From the NCBI GenBank assembly GCA_017459805.1, contig JAFUCE010000049.1, positions 2,464-66,463 on the forward strand: a DNA stretch of 64,000 nucleotides, read 5' to 3'. Each line of letters starts with the position of its first letter. Positions within the stretch are counted from its first letter, which is position 1. Made by a program: the position numbers and the translations under genes. Below are positions 1-9,620 of the stretch, piece by piece. Source of the DNA: Eggerthellaceae bacterium. GTDB taxonomy: Bacteria; Actinomycetota; Coriobacteriia; Coriobacteriales; Eggerthellaceae. Under the pieces are notes generated by a model. That model ran no database searches. It was not told the origin of the DNA and worked only from the letters and a program-made list of their open reading frames with translations.

Positions 1-238
1 TCTGGCCAAGCAGCTGGCTTGCCAAACTGCCAATGTTGTTAGTGTTTACACTCTGGCCGCCTGCGAGCTGTGCAAGAGCAGTAACAACCTGACTGGCTTC
101 TTCCTTGGAAACATTGTTGTTGTTCGTAATGTTGCCGATGGTTGAATAAGGATGTTCAACCATGTTGGACAGCAAGCTGGGATTTGAAGTTACACTGCTG
201 AGCACTTGCTGCAAAATTGCGTCGGTCATACCTGCCAT
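1..238 (-). CDS. hypothetical protein, N-terminal part only (gene runs off the window start)
   Basis: Absent from the ORF track because it is truncated. The reverse strand shows AAGGAG-N5-ATG (ATG = 236-238), then an open frame MAGMTDAILQQVLSSVTSNPSLLSNMVEHPYSTIGNITNNNN... to position 1. No family recognised. Confidence 0.45.
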   Translation of the reverse strand, partial: MAGMTDAILQQVLSSVTSNPSLLSNMVEHPYSTIGNITNNNNVSKEEASQVVTALAQLAGGQSVNTNNIGSLASQLLGQ

Positions 239-506
239 GTTCTCTCCTTAGAACGTTGAGGCCCTTGTTATGCGCGCCCCTGTTTACGATGTGCCTATTG
301 TACGCCTGAATAACACTAAACATGCTTACAAATATGTAACGATTTTTTGTACCCTCCTGCGCAAAAAATTGAAACAATTCCTGCAGCAAAGGCCAAAATG
401 CCGCTTAAGTCGCAGCGAGACAAAAATTCTGTGTGGGTTACATGCGTGGCGCGAAATGGCTTTATACTGCTTAAGTAAGCGAATACCATCGCGAAAGGCA
501 ATTCTT

Positions 507-1931
507 ATGGGCGGATTTTTTGGGGCAGCTTCCAAGCGTGACGTAGTCATGGACGTCTTCTTTGGTGTCGATTACCATTCCCACCTGGGCACACGCCGTG
601 CGGGGCTCACCTTTACGAGCGGCACGGGCGGCTTCAACAAGGAAATACACTCTATCGAAAACACCCCCTTCCGCACCCGTTTTGAGGAAGACATTGCGCG
701 CTTCGAAGGCACGAGTGGCATCGGTTGTATTTCCGATACGGATCCCCAGCCCCTGCTTATCAGAAGTCACCTCGGTGTGTTTGCCATAACCACGGTGGGC
801 GCCATCAACAACGCCAAGGAACTGGCCGACGAATATCTGGCCGATAAATCCACCCAGTTTATGGCACTCAGTTCTGGTGCCATTAATTCAACGGAACTGG
901 TTGCTGCGCTCATTAACGAAAAGGCAAGTTTTGTTGAAGGCATTCAGTTCGCACAGGAAAAAGTGGAGGGCTCGCTCACGCTGCTCATCATGCCTGAAAA
1001 TGGCGAGATTATTGCCGCGCGCGACAAGCAAGGCCGCCTTCCCGTGCTCATTGGTAAGGATGAAGACGGCTTTTGCATTTCCTTTGAAAGCTTTGCTTAC
1101 CACAAGCTGGGTTATGCAGACCACTACGAATTGGGCCCAGGCGAAATTGTGCGCATAAGTCCTGATGGCCTCGAAAGCCTTGCGCCCGCAAGCGACAACT
1201 TAAAAATATGCGCCTTCCTGTGGGTGTACTACGGCTACCCCAACTCAAACTATGAAGGCGTCAACGTGGAAGTCATGCGCTATCGAAATGGCGCTATTAT
1301 GGCACGCGACGAACAACACCGTGGCATCCTGCCCGAACTTGACTACGTCGCAGGTGTACCCGACTCTGGTATTCCGCACGCCATAGGCTATGCCACCGAA
1401 AGCATGGTGCCCTTTGCGCGCCCCTTCATTAAGTACACGCCCACGTGGCCGCGTTCCTTTATGCCAGGCAATCAAGACGTACGCCGCCGCGTGGCAACCA
1501 TGAAGCAGATTCCCGTACCCGAACTCATTACGGACAAGCGCCTCTTGTTCGTGGATGACAGCATCGTGCGCGGCACGCAATTGCAAAACACGGTGAACTT
1601 CCTCTATGAAAGCGGCGCCCGCGAAGTACATATGCGCAGCGCCTGCCCACCCATCATGTTCGGCTGCAAATACCTATCCTTCAGCCGCAGCCAAGATGAC
1701 ATGGAACTTATTGCGCGCCGCACAGTGCAGACACTCGAAGGTGACGAAGGCCAAAACCACCTGGACGAATACGCCGACCCCACCACCGAACGGGGGGCAT
1801 GCATGCTCAAAACCATCTGCGAAGAACTGGGCTTCGATTCACTTGCCTACCAAACCCTTCCTGGCATGCTCGAAGCCGTTGGCATTGACCCTGCCACCAT
1901 CTGCACCTATTGCTGGACCGGCAAAGAATAA
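507..1931 (+). CDS. amidophosphoribosyltransferase-like protein (class-II amidotransferase fold + PRTase domain) lacking the N-terminal nucleophile Cys
   Basis: Track ORF 270-1931. I chose the start at ATG 507 (MGGFFGAASKRDVVMDVFFGVDYHSHLGTRRAGL...). PRPP-binding loop LLFVDDSIVRGTQL. C-terminal Cys pairs (CPPIMFGCKY, CTYCW) resemble the Fe-S class of PurF. Confidence 0.8.
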   Translation: MGGFFGAASKRDVVMDVFFGVDYHSHLGTRRAGLTFTSGTGGFNKEIHSIENTPFRTRFEEDIARFEGTSGIGCISDTDPQPLLIRSHLGVFAITTVGAINNAKELADEYLADKSTQFMALSSGAINSTELVAALINEKASFVEGIQFAQEKVEGSLTLLIMPENGEIIAARDKQGRLPVLIGKDEDGFCISFESFAYHKLGYADHYELGPGEIVRISPDGLESLAPASDNLKICAFLWVYYGYPNSNYEGVNVEVMRYRNGAIMARDEQHRGILPELDYVAGVPDSGIPHAIGYATESMVPFARPFIKYTPTWPRSFMPGNQDVRRRVATMKQIPVPELITDKRLLFVDDSIVRGTQLQNTVNFLYESGAREVHMRSACPPIMFGCKYLSFSRSQDDMELIARRTVQTLEGDEGQNHLDEYADPTTERGACMLKTICEELGFDSLAYQTLPGMLEAVGIDPATICTYCWTGKE

Positions 1932-1959
1932 TCCCGCTGCTCTTCCAAACAGCGGGATT
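1930..1959. terminator. stem-loop between convergent genes (possible bidirectional terminator)
   Basis: AATCCCGCTG (1930-1939) and CAGCGGGATT (1950-1959) form a perfect 10-bp stem with a 10-nt loop, directly after the stop at 1929-1931. There is no clear U-tract. Confidence 0.5.
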
Positions 1960-1994
1960 GCATACAATCAAGCTTGTTGAAATCCGCAATTACC

Positions 1995-2594
1995 TTAGGC
2001 GGCCTGAGCAAGATCGGGGCCTGCCATAACGTCTGATTCGGTGGGTGCATCGAGTGCGGACCAGTCGGTCGGAACGCCTTCTTCACCTTCGACGTAGGTT
2101 TCGAGCCCGAACTGATAGGCAACGTTGTCAACGATAGCTTCGGTTATCAGGGTGTCCTGGCCAGCATAGTACACGCCATTTTCGTATTGAGCCCAATAGG
2201 TCGAAAAGTCATCAGCATTTTCGACGGTCGTGCCATCCGTGAAAGTAAAAGATTGGATGAAGCCATATTCGTTCAACTGATAAGCAGACAGGTCGCCGGC
2301 TTTTACCGCAGCGTCAAGCAAGTTAACGACCGTGCAGTCGTCGGCATAGGCATAGCTTTTATTCACCATGACCTGTGCCTTGCCCGCATCGTCAACGTTG
2401 ACGATTTGCAGGCTTGCCATACCTGATGCTGCAGGGGCTTCGCCCGCAGCCGAAGAAGCTTGCGCGCTTGCGGCAGTATCATCCGCAGCCGAAGAAGCAG
2501 ATGCCCCCGCCGTTGCTCCGCCCTGCGCACAGCCCGCCAGGGCCACACTCAGCGCGGCAGCAAAAAGAAATGTGAGTACTGTTTTCTTGTTCAT
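1995..2594 (-). CDS. secreted lipoprotein (possibly DUF4430-like domain, unverified)
   Basis: Track ORF 1995-2705. Start moved to ATG 2592-2594 (MNKKTVLTFLFAAALSVALAGC...), preceded by GGAAAGGTGG. Signal peptide with lipobox LAGC, an Ala/Ser-rich linker, then a ~130-aa globular domain. Confidence 0.65.
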   Translation of the reverse strand: MNKKTVLTFLFAAALSVALAGCAQGGATAGASASSAADDTAASAQASSAAGEAPAASGMASLQIVNVDDAGKAQVMVNKSYAYADDCTVVNLLDAAVKAGDLSAYQLNEYGFIQSFTFTDGTTVENADDFSTYWAQYENGVYYAGQDTLITEAIVDNVAYQFGLETYVEGEEGVPTDWSALDAPTESDVMAGPDLAQAA

Positions 2595-2845
2595 ACGAAC
2601 CACCTTTCCAGGGCCAATTCGAAAACAGGTGTTCCGACTTCGGGCTCGCGCGTGTGCTGCGGCCACCTTACGGTTACTGGTATAGCGCAGGATTTTCACC
2701 CGCATTTCCCTTTTGCGTTCGTACAGCCTTATTGCTGCTCGAATTAGCCAACGCAGCCATTATAGATGAAATGACAAATCCATAAGCGAGGCGCACCGTT
2801 TCCAGTGCGCCCAAAATGATAAATTGTACCTGGTTTAATTTATCG

Positions 2846-3601
2846 TTAGAAGCTTGTCCAACCTCCGTCAACGGGTAGGATAACGCCACTTACAAAACTG
2901 GACTGATCGCTTGCCAAATAGAGTGCCGCGTCCGCAATAGCCGTTGCAGGACCTGGGTCGGGCGAAAGCGCGATAACAGGGCTTACTTTGGTATAGCCCT
3001 CTACATTGGGCTGACCCATAGATGTAGCAATTTCAGTAGCAATGCTGCCAGGAGCAATAGCATTTACGCGAATACCGTCTTTAAGATACATGTAGGCAGT
3101 ACTGCGCGTCATAGCATTCACAGCAGCTTTGCTTGCTCCATAGACCACACCTGCAGCCTGGTGCTGTGCACCAATAGATGACACATTGATGATATTGCCA
3201 CCGGTGCCCTGCGAAAGGAAAACCTGGACAGCCTTGCGCATAGCCGCAAAGGGACCGTAGACATTTACTGCAAAGACCTTCTCATACTTTTCGTCAGTAG
3301 CGTCACCAATGGCAGCCATGTCATCCATAACGCCCGCATTGTTCACAAGCACGTCAAGCTTGCCAAATTCAGACACAGCGAAGTCAATCATACCTTCAAC
3401 GTCTTCAATATTAGACACATCACCTTCAAAAGCAAGCACCTTGCCAGCAGCGCCTTCCAGGCTCGTCACGAGTTCATCTAGGCGATCCTTGCGACGCGCT
3501 ACTGCCACAACAGAAGCTCCGTTTTGCACAAAGAGTTCAGTAATTGCCTTACCCATACCCGATGAAGCGCCTGTTACTACTACCGATTTTCCTGTAAGCA
3601 T
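2846..3601 (-). CDS. SDR-family oxidoreductase (classical short-chain dehydrogenase)
   Basis: TGASSGMGKA (TGxxxGxG), NNAG and YGASKAA (YxxxK) motifs. 251 aa. Strong RBS AAGGAGG upstream of ATG 3599-3601. Confidence 0.9.
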   Translation of the reverse strand: MLTGKSVVVTGASSGMGKAITELFVQNGASVVAVARRKDRLDELVTSLEGAAGKVLAFEGDVSNIEDVEGMIDFAVSEFGKLDVLVNNAGVMDDMAAIGDATDEKYEKVFAVNVYGPFAAMRKAVQVFLSQGTGGNIINVSSIGAQHQAAGVVYGASKAAVNAMTRSTAYMYLKDGIRVNAIAPGSIATEIATSMGQPNVEGYTKVSPVIALSPDPGPATAIADAALYLASDQSSFVSGVILPVDGGWTSF

Positions 3602-3714
3602 ATATCCTCCTTAGTACAAATATCTATTGCTTGTATTTCATGAAACAAGGTGAAGGTTTCCGATATGTTACAGAATTTGCTACATGACCAATACCTCGGT
3701 GAAAGGCTCTCAGC

Positions 3715-3749
3715 AAAAAAGGTGCATCCAAAACGAATACACCTTTTCA
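3715..3749 (-). terminator. rho-independent terminator after the SDR/GcvT-like operon
   Basis: On the minus strand AAAAGGTG-N15-CACCTTTT is followed by TTGCTG (U-tract), about 35 nt downstream of the stop at 3784. Confidence 0.65.
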
Positions 3750-3783
3750 TGAATCTTTTTTACTTATCAACAAGAACTAATGC

Positions 3784-4602
3784 CTAGAATGCTGTCCACC
3801 CACCATCGACGTCGAGCACGGCACCATTTACGTAATGTGCTTCATCACTAATAAGGTAGAGAATGGCATTAGCGATATCTTCAGGGAAGCCGGTTAAATT
3901 ATTGCCGTCTGCGTCCAAACCAAGCGCCACAGCACCGCGCACATTATAAAGTTCGTTACCTTCTTCATCCATAATTTCGCGGTCGGGCCACTTTTCCATT
4001 GCGTTACCCAAAATATCTGTAACGCACGCTCCAGGATTTACCACATTGGTGCGCACGTTACGGAACCTATAGCTGTGTGCCAGATTGCGCGCCAAACCTA
4101 GCACGGCGTGCTTCGAAGTAATATAAGCAGCACCCGCCGAAGAGCCTATTTCACCACCAACAGACCCAACAATAACTATGCTTGCTGGAAGCCCTTCATG
4201 GTCCCACAGCAGCGGTAAGCAGTCGCGGCACATGCGGAAGCACGAATTCACGTTTACGTCCATGACATAGTCGTAAAGTTCGTCGTCGGTTTTGTGTGCT
4301 GGGCACATAAGGTCTAACACACCAGCAATATAGAGAAGTGCATCCAGCTTACCAAATTCCTGGGTGGCATAATCTATGGCGGCCTGACGCACCGAAGCAT
4401 CGTTGACGTCGCCAGGAACAAAGTGCAACGTACCGGGGCCGCCCTCAAGACCTTCGTCTTCAATAAGTTCTTCCATGGCTTCTTCGTTGAGGTCCAGTAC
4501 CACTAAGTTAGCACCTTGCTTGTAAAGAGCAGTTACTGTTGCAGCACCCATACCGCACGCGCCACCCACAACTAATATATTGCGTCCTTCGTTTGTACTC
4601 AT
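3784..4602 (-). CDS. SDR-family oxidoreductase
   Basis: Track ORF 3784-4629. Start moved to ATG at 4600-4602 (MSTNEGRNILVVGGACGMGAA...), preceded by GGGAAGGGTGA. Rossmann motif GGACGMG and catalytic YITSKHA. Confidence 0.85.
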   Translation of the reverse strand: MSTNEGRNILVVGGACGMGAATVTALYKQGANLVVLDLNEEAMEELIEDEGLEGGPGTLHFVPGDVNDASVRQAAIDYATQEFGKLDALLYIAGVLDLMCPAHKTDDELYDYVMDVNVNSCFRMCRDCLPLLWDHEGLPASIVIVGSVGGEIGSSAGAAYITSKHAVLGLARNLAHSYRFRNVRTNVVNPGACVTDILGNAMEKWPDREIMDEEGNELYNVRGAVALGLDADGNNLTGFPEDIANAILYLISDEAHYVNGAVLDVDGGWTAF

Positions 4603-4619
4603 CTTTTCACCCTTCCCTA

Positions 4620-5612
4620 CTAACACCACTTCGGTTCTACTACAGTTGCAGGCGAGTCGTTCGGGCCAATAGTAACCTGAGTTCCAAGAGGCACCTTTTT
4701 CGCATCGACAATGCCAAAACCTATGTTCTTATCTACCGTATAGCCATAAATCATCTGCCTACAAATACCTACAGGTACACCACGCTTACGAATTATTTCG
4801 TTTTGGCCAATGTCTTCATAGCTTTCCCGTTCAATTTCTAAACCTACAAAGGCACGCGCAGGACCTTCAACAGCAGCTTCGAGAGCTTCTTTTCCCACAA
4901 AGTCTTTGTCCATATGAACAGACCAGCCTAAATTAGCTTCAAAGGGAGTAAGACCTTTGTAGTCCTGCCGCAGAGCAAGACCTTTTTCCATAGGAAGGGA
5001 ACGTACATACACCTCAAGCGTAGTAAGCCGTGGCGCACCATATTCACTAGCTGCTGCAGCAATAGCATTCGCTACCGCTTCACTATCTGTACGCGCACAG
5101 TACACCTCAAAACCAAGCTCACCAGTAAAGCCGCCTCGGTCAACCGTAACCGCAGCGCCGGCTAGTGTTGTTTCAAGAAGCTGGAAACGCTTTAGACCAT
5201 CCACCGAATCGGAAACAATTTTGTTCATAATGTCTGCAGACTTTGGCCCTTGAACTGCATACATATCGAATTCTTGGGTGCGGTCGCTATATTCAACAGC
5301 AAATGCGTTTTTGTGACTGTCGAACCAAGCACACATCTGCGGACCGTACAAAGTTGAAAGCCACCAGGTGTCTTCGGTTTTATGCATAACAACCAAGTCG
5401 TCGATTATGCCACCCTCTTCATCGAGCATGGTGGTGTAGCGCCCCTGCCCAACTGGTGTGCCAGCTATCTTGTTAACCAGAACCCAGTCAAGAAATTTTT
5501 CAGCATCGGCACCACTCAGTTCAACTAAATCGTGTGTCCAGCGAAACCAACCAGCATTCGTACGCACGGCTTCAGATTCCGCGCGAGCAACTTTGTCTTC
5601 TTTAAACAGCAT
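4620..5612 (-). CDS. aminomethyltransferase (GcvT) family folate-binding protein, N-terminally short (330 aa)
   Basis: GcvT-like blocks are present: ...ELSGADAEKFLDWVLVNKI..GQGRYTTMLDEEGGIIDDLVV..., YAVQGPKS, DRGGFTGELGFEVY, TPFEANLGWSV. RBS GGAGG lies 5 nt before the ATG. Only 11 nt separate it from the upstream gene. Confidence 0.8.
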   Translation of the reverse strand: MLFKEDKVARAESEAVRTNAGWFRWTHDLVELSGADAEKFLDWVLVNKIAGTPVGQGRYTTMLDEEGGIIDDLVVMHKTEDTWWLSTLYGPQMCAWFDSHKNAFAVEYSDRTQEFDMYAVQGPKSADIMNKIVSDSVDGLKRFQLLETTLAGAAVTVDRGGFTGELGFEVYCARTDSEAVANAIAAAASEYGAPRLTTLEVYVRSLPMEKGLALRQDYKGLTPFEANLGWSVHMDKDFVGKEALEAAVEGPARAFVGLEIERESYEDIGQNEIIRKRGVPVGICRQMIYGYTVDKNIGFGIVDAKKVPLGTQVTIGPNDSPATVVEPKWC

Positions 5613-5623
5613 TGTTAAACCTC

Positions 5624-6853
5624 CTACAGTGCGCGGTCGTCAATCTTGCGGCCAACAGTAATAATGAAATCGTCGTCATCTTCATCAATCCATACCGACC
5701 ACTCAGGCGATACAAGTGTGTGACACGCGCCATTCCACTGCGCTTCATAACCAAGTGTTATTTCGTCAAGCGGGGCCATTTCAAAACGCCCCGTGAAGGT
5801 ATCTTGGTCAACACGAATTTCAACACCTTCCCCGTCGAATGCTTCCCATTCAAACGGGACAAGCTGACAACCCAACATGGCGCCAATATAAGCACCCATT
5901 ACGCGCGGATCGTTGTCGCCAATTTCGCGGGGAATTTCCAACCAGTTACGCAAACCTTCACGAGCAAAGGGGTCTATAAAGGAATTCTTGCCAGCCGTTG
6001 AAAAGACTATTTTTAGTAGGCGCTCAAATTCTTCGTCGTCGTCGGCCATGTCGCGAATAGCAATAAGCGGGAAGCTTATAGACCAAACCCAACCCATCTG
6101 GGCAACCCAGTTGTATTGCCACTCTAAAGAGTTTTCTTCGCCAAAGGCGTTGGTATATTGCCCGCTACGAAGACCTTGTGCGTGCTTCACACGGCGCTCG
6201 GGTGGCGTGTCATGTACGGGGTCGTGCGCAGCACCACGGTGATCAAGCCACCCTTGTGGTTCTAGCCCATAATGGTCCAAACGCTCTGCTACCACACGGC
6301 AATGCGGGTTACCGCAACCGCGTGCTTCGCACATATTTAACTGAACGTCATTGGTTATAGCACCGTGCTCTCCCCCGGCGGCAATGTCGAAATTGGCCGT
6401 AAACATACCGGTTGTCATATTGCACATTTCGGAACCAACAATATCCCATGGACACGTATCGAGTTCCTTTTCAACACGATTTTCTGTAAATTGAATAACG
6501 CGACCGGCCATATCTTCAGCTTCGTCACCATAGTCGCCCCAAATTGCACCAATCCACGCTGAACGCTTCACCAATTCTGGAATATTCCACTCGTCATAAA
6601 AAGCATTGAGGTATTCATGCAGCTCGTCTTCGCCACCAGCACAAGCAGCGCAGTTCATCATATTGGCAATTTCGGTTATTTTTTCGGTTCTGTCTTCCCA
6701 GCTGTCATTTAAAACACGCATAAGTTGAAAAATATTTGCAGAAAAGCCTGCAATGGTACGCAGGCAATAACTGTATGCCTCTTTTTCAGGAATTATTTTG
6801 CCAAAGGCCGTTTCAACTCCTCTATGCGTACTTACATGATTAAGTATTGCCAT
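5624..6853 (-). CDS. hypothetical Cys-rich protein (409 aa), family not recognised
   Basis: Track ORF 5624-6880. Start moved to ATG 6851-6853 (MAILNHVSTHRG...), preceded by AAGGAG. Cys motifs CAACAGG, DTCPWD..EMC and CEARGCGNPHC. Acidic C-terminus. It is the first gene of the operon containing the GcvT-like and SDR genes. Confidence 0.7.
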   Translation of the reverse strand: MAILNHVSTHRGVETAFGKIIPEKEAYSYCLRTIAGFSANIFQLMRVLNDSWEDRTEKITEIANMMNCAACAGGEDELHEYLNAFYDEWNIPELVKRSAWIGAIWGDYGDEAEDMAGRVIQFTENRVEKELDTCPWDIVGSEMCNMTTGMFTANFDIAAGGEHGAITNDVQLNMCEARGCGNPHCRVVAERLDHYGLEPQGWLDHRGAAHDPVHDTPPERRVKHAQGLRSGQYTNAFGEENSLEWQYNWVAQMGWVWSISFPLIAIRDMADDDEEFERLLKIVFSTAGKNSFIDPFAREGLRNWLEIPREIGDNDPRVMGAYIGAMLGCQLVPFEWEAFDGEGVEIRVDQDTFTGRFEMAPLDEITLGYEAQWNGACHTLVSPEWSVWIDEDDDDFIITVGRKIDDRAL

Positions 6854-7076
6854 AACTTCTCCTTTCGTTATGCAAGACAAGGCCTAGCGAATTAGGCACC
6901 TTTGCAGTTTCGCGCGTTTTTAAAGGGCTGCCTAGCCAACACAGCGCTGTTAAAAATGAGCAAGATACCCTACAATTTAGTGGGTGCATACTACGCTATA
7001 ATTGATATATTTCAATGTAATTATTTCCTCAAGTGGCACTCTTGCAAAAACTTACCCGTATAAAAGGAGGGTAACC

Positions 7077-8621
7077 ATGCTTCTTTCAGCCGATATTCTT
7101 TTCGACAATCTGCCTGAAAGCTTCCACGCACGCATGGTGGGGCCACATAGTCTTACTCTTGACTTGCAACGTCCTGTTTTGTGCGAAGGGGATGAAAAAA
7201 GTTTTCTGTCAAATCATCTTTATTTCGCCCATGCCGACAGGCTTCCTGCACGTATCCATGCAGAAAAAGACGCTGTTGTAGTATGTGTAGGCAACAGTGC
7301 TCATCTTGCTCATTACCAGCAACGTTGCTGCGTAATTTCGCTTCCACGTGAAATTGATTTCTTTCATGCATTTAATGTTTTGCAAGGAATCTTCGACACC
7401 TTCGACACCTGGGAGTCCGACCTGGCTTCCATTCTTGAGCAAGACAGCGACATAACGCGTATGCTTACACGCAGTGAAAAACTATTTGGCAATGCCCTAT
7501 ATGCCATCGACGAAGATTTTCATATTTTAGGCGCGTCGCCCTTAGCCGCAGAATTACAGGAAAACAGCGCATTTACCAGCGAAGATGGCACTTCGCTGCG
7601 TCTTGGGTCTTTCGACCAATTTCTTGAACTGCATGATTTATCTATGGACGAACGTGAGCCCATGCTCATTTCACTACTTGACCAAAGCACTCTTAACTAC
7701 AACCTGCACGAAAATGAACAGTATCGAGGTTGTCTGACACTTCATTACAAACAGCGTCCTTATCGTGCAAGCGACAAACCCCTTCTTGCCTTCTTGGGGG
7801 AAATGGTGTTGCGTGCAGCCTTGCAACTATCGTCAAAAAATGTGGGCGAGCACCACTCTATTGCCCAAGCGCTCCAGGGGCTCGTTGAGGGTATTCCTCT
7901 TGATTCCACGTCACAGCAATTATTGGAAAAAGCTACTTCAGACGGTAATTTTATATGCATGCGCCTTAAACTATCAAATAAGCTTGAACAGATTCCTTTG
8001 GGCTATTTGCGCAACACGCTTGAAAGCACATTTTCTAAAAGCTCTGTCTTTGAATATCATCATAATTCGATTGTTGCCGTCATAGACCTAAACAATCTAG
8101 ATGCGGAAAACTATCTTGAAAATATATGCGAAAGCATTCAACCATTTACGGGCACTATGGGCATGAAAGCAGGACTTTCAGATACCTATAACAATCTTCT
8201 CTACACACATCATATGTTTTTGCAGGCAAATATAGCCCTGGATAACGGCGTTCTTTTTAGTCCACATGAAAACATTTTTCATTTTCACGACTTCGCGCTG
8301 CGCGAAATAATAATGAATGCCACGAATGAACTTCCTCTCGATCTGCTTATGCCTTCAGGGCTTCACAAGCTTATTGAACATGACCAGGCATCCGACACAA
8401 GCTATATCGAAACCTTGCGTACCTATCTTAACAACAACACAAGCATTGCAAAAACAGCAGCTCAGCTCTATGTTCATCGCTCAACTCTTATGGAAAGACT
8501 TAATCGCATAAAGCGGGAACTTGGCCTGGATCTAGACAGCCCAGATACACGACTACACCTTCAAATAATACTGAAAGCGCTCGAATTGCACGACAGTCTA
8601 ACGGCGCAAAGTGCAGAATAA
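7077..8621 (+). CDS. PucR-family transcriptional regulator
   Basis: Track ORF 7002-8621. Start moved to ATG 7077, preceded by AAAAGGAGGG. The C-terminal HTH TAAQLYVHRSTLMERLNRIKRELGLDLDSPDTRLHLQIILKAL is typical of the PucR C-terminal domain. Transcribed divergently from the 5624-6853 operon. Confidence 0.85.
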   Translation: MLLSADILFDNLPESFHARMVGPHSLTLDLQRPVLCEGDEKSFLSNHLYFAHADRLPARIHAEKDAVVVCVGNSAHLAHYQQRCCVISLPREIDFFHAFNVLQGIFDTFDTWESDLASILEQDSDITRMLTRSEKLFGNALYAIDEDFHILGASPLAAELQENSAFTSEDGTSLRLGSFDQFLELHDLSMDEREPMLISLLDQSTLNYNLHENEQYRGCLTLHYKQRPYRASDKPLLAFLGEMVLRAALQLSSKNVGEHHSIAQALQGLVEGIPLDSTSQQLLEKATSDGNFICMRLKLSNKLEQIPLGYLRNTLESTFSKSSVFEYHHNSIVAVIDLNNLDAENYLENICESIQPFTGTMGMKAGLSDTYNNLLYTHHMFLQANIALDNGVLFSPHENIFHFHDFALREIIMNATNELPLDLLMPSGLHKLIEHDQASDTSYIETLRTYLNNNTSIAKTAAQLYVHRSTLMERLNRIKRELGLDLDSPDTRLHLQIILKALELHDSLTAQSAE

Positions 8622-8644
8622 AAAACGGCCGGACATGCCGGCCG
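8620..8644 (-). terminator. rho-independent terminator between convergent genes
   Basis: CGGCCGG (8626-8632) and CCGGCCG (8638-8644) form the stem. On the minus strand it is followed by TTTTTT (8620-8625). Confidence 0.65.
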
Positions 8645-8665
8645 CTACGAACAGAGCTCAGGGTT

Positions 8666-8881
8666 TTAATCGCCAAGCGCCTTAAGGCGTTCATCGATAG
8701 CATCAAGATTGTCTGCTAATTCCTTAGCCTGAGGGAAGCTTGCCAACTTGCGCAAGGTCAGACCCATAACCATTTTCATCTGAGGGTCGGTAGTAAAGCC
8801 AGGTGAATATTCGCTAATAATAGCAGCGGCTTCCGGGTTTTTTGCCAAAACTTTGCACTTGTCGTCAACTGAAAGACCCAT
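8666..8881 (-). CDS. small hypothetical protein (71 aa)
   Basis: Track ORF 8666-8926. Start moved to ATG 8879-8881 (MGLSVDDKCKVLAKNPEAAAII...), preceded by AAAAGGAGAAC. No family recognised. Confidence 0.5.
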   Translation of the reverse strand: MGLSVDDKCKVLAKNPEAAAIISEYSPGFTTDPQMKMVMGLTLRKLASFPQAKELADNLDAIDERLKALGD

Positions 8882-9042
8882 GATGTTCTCCTTTTCTCTT
8901 GTGCAGCATTTCGACTGCAGTGACACGATAAGTATGGCTTCCGCGCCCTGGACTGTCAGCCCTCAAAACTCAGGTAATATACGTAAAGGACCCCTGCATT
9001 TTGCAGGGTTATAAGCTATCAGTTATTCATACACCACTTCAG

Positions 9043-9612
9043 CTAGCAGCGTATAATGCGCGTTTCAGTTACTACTATTCCAACGGAAAGGTCGTGGGAT
9101 TCAAGTGCGGGTACCGTATCGCTCAGCTGCGCTGTGCGGCACAGCCCTACCGATGTGCCAGAAAAGCCTGCCAAGAAGCTGTCGTAGAATCCCCCACCGT
9201 AACCCATGCGGAAACCCTGCGCGTCAAAACTTAAGCCGGGTACCAGGCAAAGGGCATGCACAAACTGTGCGGGGTCAATCTCGTAGCTGGGATCTTCGGG
9301 CGGCTCTTCCACCCCAAGCGAGCTAAGGACCAAACCGTCGAAGGAGTCGACCTTATACCATTTCATATCTCGCGTACCTGGTACGCAACGCGGCAAGACG
9401 ACCGTCTTGCCCGCTGTCCAAGCAGCGCGAATAATGTCACGCGTTTCGATTTCGGCACCAAAGCTTAAGTATGGAAGCAGTAAATCGCACGCGGTAAATG
9501 CTGGCAAGGCCAACACACGCTCGGTAATAGCTGCATCAATGCGTGCACGCTCGTCTTCGGGAATTGCGGCACGCAGTTCCTTAAAGTGTTTGCGCCATTC
9601 TTGCTTATTCAT
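9043..9612 (-). CDS. 5-formyltetrahydrofolate cyclo-ligase
   Basis: Family pattern WRKHFKELRAAIPEDERARID..I..RV, ..VVLPRC.., EP...., PGLSFDAQGFRMGYGGGFYDSFL. 189 aa. Starts 8 nt after the upstream MFS gene stop. Confidence 0.85.
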   Translation of the reverse strand: MNKQEWRKHFKELRAAIPEDERARIDAAITERVLALPAFTACDLLLPYLSFGAEIETRDIIRAAWTAGKTVVLPRCVPGTRDMKWYKVDSFDGLVLSSLGVEEPPEDPSYEIDPAQFVHALCLVPGLSFDAQGFRMGYGGGFYDSFLAGFSGTSVGLCRTAQLSDTVPALESHDLSVGIVVTETRIIRC

Positions 9613-9620
9613 AAGCCCGC

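Noticed and set aside
270-506. N-terminal 79-aa extension of the PurF-like ORF
   Set aside because: The extension (MRAPVYDVPIVRLNNTKHAYKYV...) has no similarity to amidotransferases and lies in the divergent promoter region. The homologous sequence starts at MGGFFG.
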